A stretch of DNA of 64,000 nucleotides, taken from sequence record NC_054902.1; one strand, 5' to 3'. This document shows positions 59,874 to 64,000 of the stretch, in pieces. The stretch comes from Enterobacteria phage Aplg8. Position numbers and translations under genes: made by a program. The notes beneath the pieces are model-generated. The model was not told the origin of the DNA and did not search any database. It saw only the letters and a program-made list of their open reading frames with translations. The first letter of the stretch is position 1; every line of letters begins with the position of its first letter.

Positions 59874-60629
59874 TTATCCTCGGATAAGTTTAAAAATTGA
59901 ACAATTTAGCGGGTATCCTCTTTTCAGTTTAAGTTTATCAATAAAAGACAAGTTTTGATACCGCTCTACACCTTGAATAATTTTATCACACATATCATAT
60001 TGCATTTCTGCTTCTGACAACTTTTTCACAATTTTCCAATCCGAGCCTTTAAGAAGAACGTTCAGTTTAACAACTTCAGCGCCTTCTGCTATGCGAGAAC
60101 CATCAATACGAGCTTTAAGTGCTATAATTCTTAGCTTAATGTCAGAGGTCTGTTTTGATTTAGAAAGCTGAGAAATGTGTTCAATTCGGTTTTCACGTTT
60201 TTTCTGTATAGCTTTAATTTGATTATAAGTCTTTTTGATTTTAGCCCATTTCTTTTCATCTAAATTTAGTTTATGAACTTTTTTCGCAGATGAACGACCA
60301 ATTCGCAAAGCAAACAAATCACGTTTTTCAATTAACTCCTCTAAAGTATAATCAGAACGAAATGTATTATACTTTTTCTTTACTGCAATAACATTCCCTT
60401 TAATGTATCCAACGTTATTATCAAAACGTTCTAATGATAATTTCTCTCCTTCAATACGATTATCAAAAGGTTCTCCCGAGTAAGCACAAACTTTTTGATC
60501 TAAAATGTTCTTAATGTAATTGAAGTCTAAGTTAAAATCTTTAGAACGTCTTTTTGCAGATGCCTGAGTATGCTCTAAACGACGTTTAATTTTACGAATT
60601 TGGTTATTAGACATATTATGCAGTTTCAT
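59874..60629 (-). CDS. srd: Srd-like protein, 251 aa
   Basis: Length and position (dda-srd-modA) as in T4; basic and coiled-coil rich; identity by synteny. Confidence 0.5.
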   Translation of the reverse strand: MKLHNMSNNQIRKIKRRLEHTQASAKRRSKDFNLDFNYIKNILDQKVCAYSGEPFDNRIEGEKLSLERFDNNVGYIKGNVIAVKKKYNTFRSDYTLEELIEKRDLFALRIGRSSAKKVHKLNLDEKKWAKIKKTYNQIKAIQKKRENRIEHISQLSKSKQTSDIKLRIIALKARIDGSRIAEGAEVVKLNVLLKGSDWKIVKKLSEAEMQYDMCDKIIQGVERYQNLSFIDKLKLKRGYPLNCSIFKLIRG

Positions 60630-60664
60630 ATTTTTATCACATCTTACGGACGATTGACTACTAT

Positions 60665-60694
60665 ACTATAACATTTTTACTTTAACTTGTAAAC
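60665..60694 (-). promoter_or_regulatory. Early promoter for srd (GTTTAC-N18-TATAGT)
   Basis: Consensus elements on the minus strand. Confidence 0.5.
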
Positions 60695-60751
60695 AACTTT
60701 ATGTAAAAATGCTTTAAAAATTTCATGGTATAATGAATCTAAGTCCTTCCA

Positions 60752-61354
60752 TTATAGATTAAATCCTTCAAAATCAAGAGTATAGATAGTGTATGTTGAA
60801 TACTTTTTGTACTCATATCTATCTGCAATTTTAAATACACTTCCAGCTGGTATCATTACTTCTTGTTCATCTGAAACTAATTCCATATTACGATAACGAT
60901 GGCTATCCGGAAACTTAAAGTTTGGATTGTATTCTTTACAGCGTAGAGCTTTTATAGCATACTCCTGGAAATTGAATACCATAGGAGCTTTGAATTCAAA
61001 AATAACTTGTGTGTTGTATTCTAATCCAGAAGCAAAATGTAGAGCTATATTTTTATCATATGAAGCTGATACTACTTTATCAAATGTAATAATATCAATT
61101 CCTTGATTTAACACCTGCTTAGTCTCAACTGGAACACCTCTCCAAAGAGGTTTATCGTTTGGAACCAAACGAGATTTGATTATTTCATTTAACCAAGTAT
61201 GGTCATCTGGCTTATTAGTAATACAATGAATTAAAAGTTCAATTTCAGATAAATTAAACCCTTCAGAAAGTAATTCTTCACGAATAGAAGCACGCACCGA
61301 TGCATCCATTGATTTTATTTTAAAATCTTTTAGTTGCATTACTGAGTATTTCAT
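60752..61354 (-). CDS. modA: ADP-ribosyltransferase ModA
   Basis: 200 aa as T4 ModA; Arg motif LWRGVPVE and catalytic-type EQEVMIPAG. Confidence 0.8.
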   Translation of the reverse strand: MKYSVMQLKDFKIKSMDASVRASIREELLSEGFNLSEIELLIHCITNKPDDHTWLNEIIKSRLVPNDKPLWRGVPVETKQVLNQGIDIITFDKVVSASYDKNIALHFASGLEYNTQVIFEFKAPMVFNFQEYAIKALRCKEYNPNFKFPDSHRYRNMELVSDEQEVMIPAGSVFKIADRYEYKKYSTYTIYTLDFEGFNL

Positions 61355-61974
61355 TCAACTACCTCAATATCATAAACTTTAAATGTTCCAAATGAATCGT
61401 GTAATTTTTCTTTTGAAATAGAAGTTATTTTATACTTTCCAATTGGAATCATCCATTCTTGTTCATGTGCAATCATCATTAAGTTATCAGTACGTTCTGA
61501 ATCTAATCCATCAGTATCTTCATATGTATACTTAAACTCAGTATTAGGAGAAGAAAGTATAATATCGCTGATATGGTCAGAGTAATTAAAAGCTTTATCC
61601 GTTTTTAAGCGAAGTACTATTTCAGTGAAATATTCAGCATAAGAAAAAGAACACGCTGTATGCAAACTAGTAGTAAATGAATCTACTCTGTTCGTTGAAA
61701 ACACTTCTCCAACTTGTAAATCTTTAATGAGTTCTTTTGTCGATTTTGATATACCACGATATAGCTGATACGGCGATTTAGTTAAATGCTTTTTAACGAT
61801 TTTATTCAACTGTTGGTGAAGAGCTTCATTCTTTTTGGCTTCCATACATTGCCAAAGAACTGACTGTTCAAAGTCAGTAAATTTTTCACAGACCTTTTTA
61901 TACATATCATATTGAAAATCAACACTTTCAGCTTTTATAGATAGCTGTTCAACATCTGCAAGATTAATAATCAT
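61351..61974 (-). CDS. modB: ADP-ribosyltransferase ModB
   Basis: 207 aa as T4 ModB; LYRGISKS and EQEWMIPIG motifs; overlaps modA by 4 nt. Confidence 0.8.
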   Translation of the reverse strand: MIINLADVEQLSIKAESVDFQYDMYKKVCEKFTDFEQSVLWQCMEAKKNEALHQQLNKIVKKHLTKSPYQLYRGISKSTKELIKDLQVGEVFSTNRVDSFTTSLHTACSFSYAEYFTEIVLRLKTDKAFNYSDHISDIILSSPNTEFKYTYEDTDGLDSERTDNLMMIAHEQEWMIPIGKYKITSISKEKLHDSFGTFKVYDIEVVE

Positions 61975-62000
61975 GATAGCCTCCGTATACTTCAGAAGCT

Positions 62001-62030
62001 ATCATATCATTGTTAGGAAGGAAAGTAAAC
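62001..62030 (-). promoter_or_regulatory. Early promoter for the modB-modA operon (GTTTAC-N18-TATGAT)
   Basis: Consensus elements on the minus strand. Confidence 0.5.
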
Positions 62031-62041
62031 AACTTTTTGAA

Positions 62042-62224
62042 TTATTTTGCCCAGGGAGCCCAGGGCGGAGGGTCAAGATGGTATGAAGCTAGTTCTTCTA
62101 GAAGAGCATCTGGGGCTTCAATTCCATAATTCTGTAATACTATACGGTATTCTTTCTTATAATCACTAGAATCATTCTGGATATTCGTAGAATGATTATC
62201 TTCTAACATCTCAAATAAATCCAT
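62042..62224 (-). CDS. Hypothetical protein, 60 aa
   Basis: ORF upstream of modB. Confidence 0.4.
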   Translation of the reverse strand: MDLFEMLEDNHSTNIQNDSSDYKKEYRIVLQNYGIEAPDALLEELASYHLDPPPWAPWAK

Positions 62225-62232
62225 ACTAATTC

Positions 62233-62703
62233 CTAGCGATAAAAACCAAATTGACGATTAGCTTCAATAATCTTTCTTTCTTCTTCGGACATTCTCCAAC
62301 GTAGTCCAACATCAAAATGAGCCCAGACCATCTTAACAAATGCATTTATATCTTTAATATCTTCAATAATGAATGTTTTACTTTTAGAAGGTTGACTCGC
62401 TAATTTAACTTTATCGTCTTCAAACATGTCAAAAAGACCATATTCATGAGCTCTTTTATAGCCTTTAATAGTTAAAGCTTCAGAAGAAGAAAATGGTGAA
62501 TCTGTATTCTGCAAAATATCTTCAGTATGCTTTATAATTAGAATAATATTTTCTGGATATTTTCTTTCTTTTATATCTTTAATTAAAATATCCGGATTTT
62601 CTGCTAAAGGAATAATTAACGAGCATTTTTTATCAAGTGTATTTACTGATTTACCTTCTTTAGACATAAATCCTATTGAATACAGTTTTGCTACTTCAAT
62701 CAT
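62233..62703 (-). CDS. Hypothetical protein, 156 aa
   Basis: ORF upstream of modB. Confidence 0.45.
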   Translation of the reverse strand: MIEVAKLYSIGFMSKEGKSVNTLDKKCSLIIPLAENPDILIKDIKERKYPENIILIIKHTEDILQNTDSPFSSSEALTIKGYKRAHEYGLFDMFEDDKVKLASQPSKSKTFIIEDIKDINAFVKMVWAHFDVGLRWRMSEEERKIIEANRQFGFYR

Positions 62704-62856
62704 GTGATTTCCTCTTGCCTACTAATGGACCATCAGGAATTTTGTTTTCCTGGATATATTTCTCATTTTCTTCCATCATTTTACTACCGATTTTAAGAAG
62801 CAAATCTAAGGCTTCATTTGCTTTATCCTTAGCCTCTTCTAACGTCATGTTCTTGT

Positions 62857-63060
62857 TCATGATTTATCCCCATAGATGTCTCTCATCAATTTAAGCACTG
62901 AGCGTTCTAATTTCTTTTCTTTCTCAGCACTAATCATTGATTTCATCCATTCTTCTGATTCGTTCTGCATTTCTTTATTTGCCTGTTCAACCCAACCATC
63001 ATCAATATACATTGAGTTTGGTCTACTGAACCATTCAAGCATCTTCTTCAGAACTTTCAT
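62857..63060 (-). CDS. Hypothetical protein, 67 aa
   Basis: ORF in the region upstream of modB. Confidence 0.4.
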   Translation of the reverse strand: MKVLKKMLEWFSRPNSMYIDDGWVEQANKEMQNESEEWMKSMISAEKEKKLERSVLKLMRDIYGDKS

Positions 63061-63553
63061 TTGTTTTACCTAAAACAATAGTAGGAGCATCGTCAAATTC
63101 ATGAATTTTTAGCAATTTTGGATTTAAATTATTCCATACATAATAAATAAAGTATGATAAAGCATCTTCACTCGCAATTATAAATTTATTTCCTTCATTT
63201 ATTTTCCAGTCATATACTGAATCGTACGAATAAAAAGATAAAGGATTACCATTATATTGTTCTGCGCTAACATTAATGTATTCGGATTTAGTAAATGCTT
63301 CAATTGCTCTAAACGGACTATTTGGCACAGTTTCAATAATTCCGATCTTTTTAAGTTTTATTTCAACATCTTCTGGAACTGGCATTGAAACGAAATTTTC
63401 TACGAGATACATAGGGTTACAATAACCCCTATCAATCACTACGGCTACAGTAATTGGAACATCTTTAGCAAACGACATGCTATTACTGCTAATATACATT
63501 TCAAACAAAATCGCTTCCATAATTTTCCTCAATCGCAAGATGTAGATGAACAA
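63035..63553 (-). CDS. Hypothetical protein, 161-172 aa
   Basis: ORF in the region upstream of modB; likely start at [11 protein letters not shown]. Confidence 0.4.
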   Translation of the reverse strand: MFIYILRLRKIMEAILFEMYISSNSMSFAKDVPITVAVVIDRGYCNPMYLVENFVSMPVPEDVEIKLKKIGIIETVPNSPFRAIEAFTKSEYINVSAEQYNGNPLSFYSYDSVYDWKINEGNKFIIASEDALSYFIYYVWNNLNPKLLKIHEFDDAPTIVLGKTNESSEEDA

Positions 63554-63870
63554 CCAGAATCACAAGAACTTCCACATGAATCACCTGCCCATACATGAAC
63601 AGGAACATTGGTGTCATATGAATCAGAACTAGACTGTGTATTTTGTGTGTTAGATGATGCAGTAGGTGTTGACCAGCGCCAAGGATTTTTATAATATTCT
63701 TGGGCTTCTTCATAAGTCATAGTAACTGCTTCTACTGTTCCATCTCCCATATAAACATACTCAACTACAGTTAAAGGAAGGTAGTCATTTGAAATAGGAA
63801 CTACACCTTCTCCAGGAGTCGTAGAGAAAAAATCCGTAAAGAAACTTTTAAACCAATTAAAAATAAACAT
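63529..63870 (-). CDS. Hypothetical protein, 113 aa, with Cys/Ser-rich C-terminal tail
   Basis: N-terminal hydrophobic stretch; C-terminus [19 protein letters not shown]. Confidence 0.4.
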   Translation of the reverse strand: MFIFNWFKSFFTDFFSTTPGEGVVPISNDYLPLTVVEYVYMGDGTVEAVTMTYEEAQEYYKNPWRWSTPTASSNTQNTQSSSDSYDTNVPVHVWAGDSCGSSCDSGCSSTSCD

Positions 63871-64000
63871 TACAAAAAGCCTCTTTTGAATTCGACTTGC
63901 TTCTCACCATAATCATATCGAATCTCTGCATTAAATTCGACAGAACCATCTGCGTACATCATAAATGAATGCACAACAACTTCTGTAGACCATGGTTGTA
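63871..64000 (-). CDS. Hypothetical protein, 3' end only (N-terminus beyond window)
   Basis: Minus-strand frame open to the window end, terminating ...EFKRGFL-stop at about 63871. Confidence 0.3.

Overview
This window is a contiguous segment of a T-even (T4-like, Tevenvirinae) coliphage genome, read by gene content and order against phage T4. It runs from the 3' part of late gene 54 through the alt/30/rIII/31/cd/pseT/alc/rnlA/denA/nrdB/nrdA/td/frd/32/59/33/dsbA/rnh early block on the minus strand, then the plus-strand late block 34-35-36-37-38-t, then the minus-strand early block asiA/motA/52/ac/stp/ndd/denB/rIIB/rIIA/39/goF/dexA/dda/srd/modA/modB. It is not T4 itself: td and nrdB are intron-less and gene 39 is a single fused 606-aa ORF with no separate gene 60. 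No tRNA, rRNA, CRISPR, integrase or transposase was seen. Regulatory architecture is readable: about 15 minus-strand early promoters (GTTTAC-N17/18-TAnnAT), TATAAATA late promoters ahead of alt, 32, 34, 36 and t, and GC hairpin terminators. No foreign defence island was found. The best candidates for second look are local departures from the T4 layout: a second full-length Alt-family ADP-ribosyltransferase in tandem with alt, a NADAR/YbiA-like ORF in the gene 30.x cluster, an extra ORF between frd and td, two sets of tandem paralogous small genes (motB region; dexA-dda interval), and a 53-bp near-identical promoter/leader cassette at two distant sites. All identifications rest on recalled protein lengths, motifs and synteny, not on database searches. 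The ORF track appears to count GTG as a start, so several listed starts are probably upstream of the true start; where I could, I note the likely start. My own line-based coordinates may be off by 1 nt.
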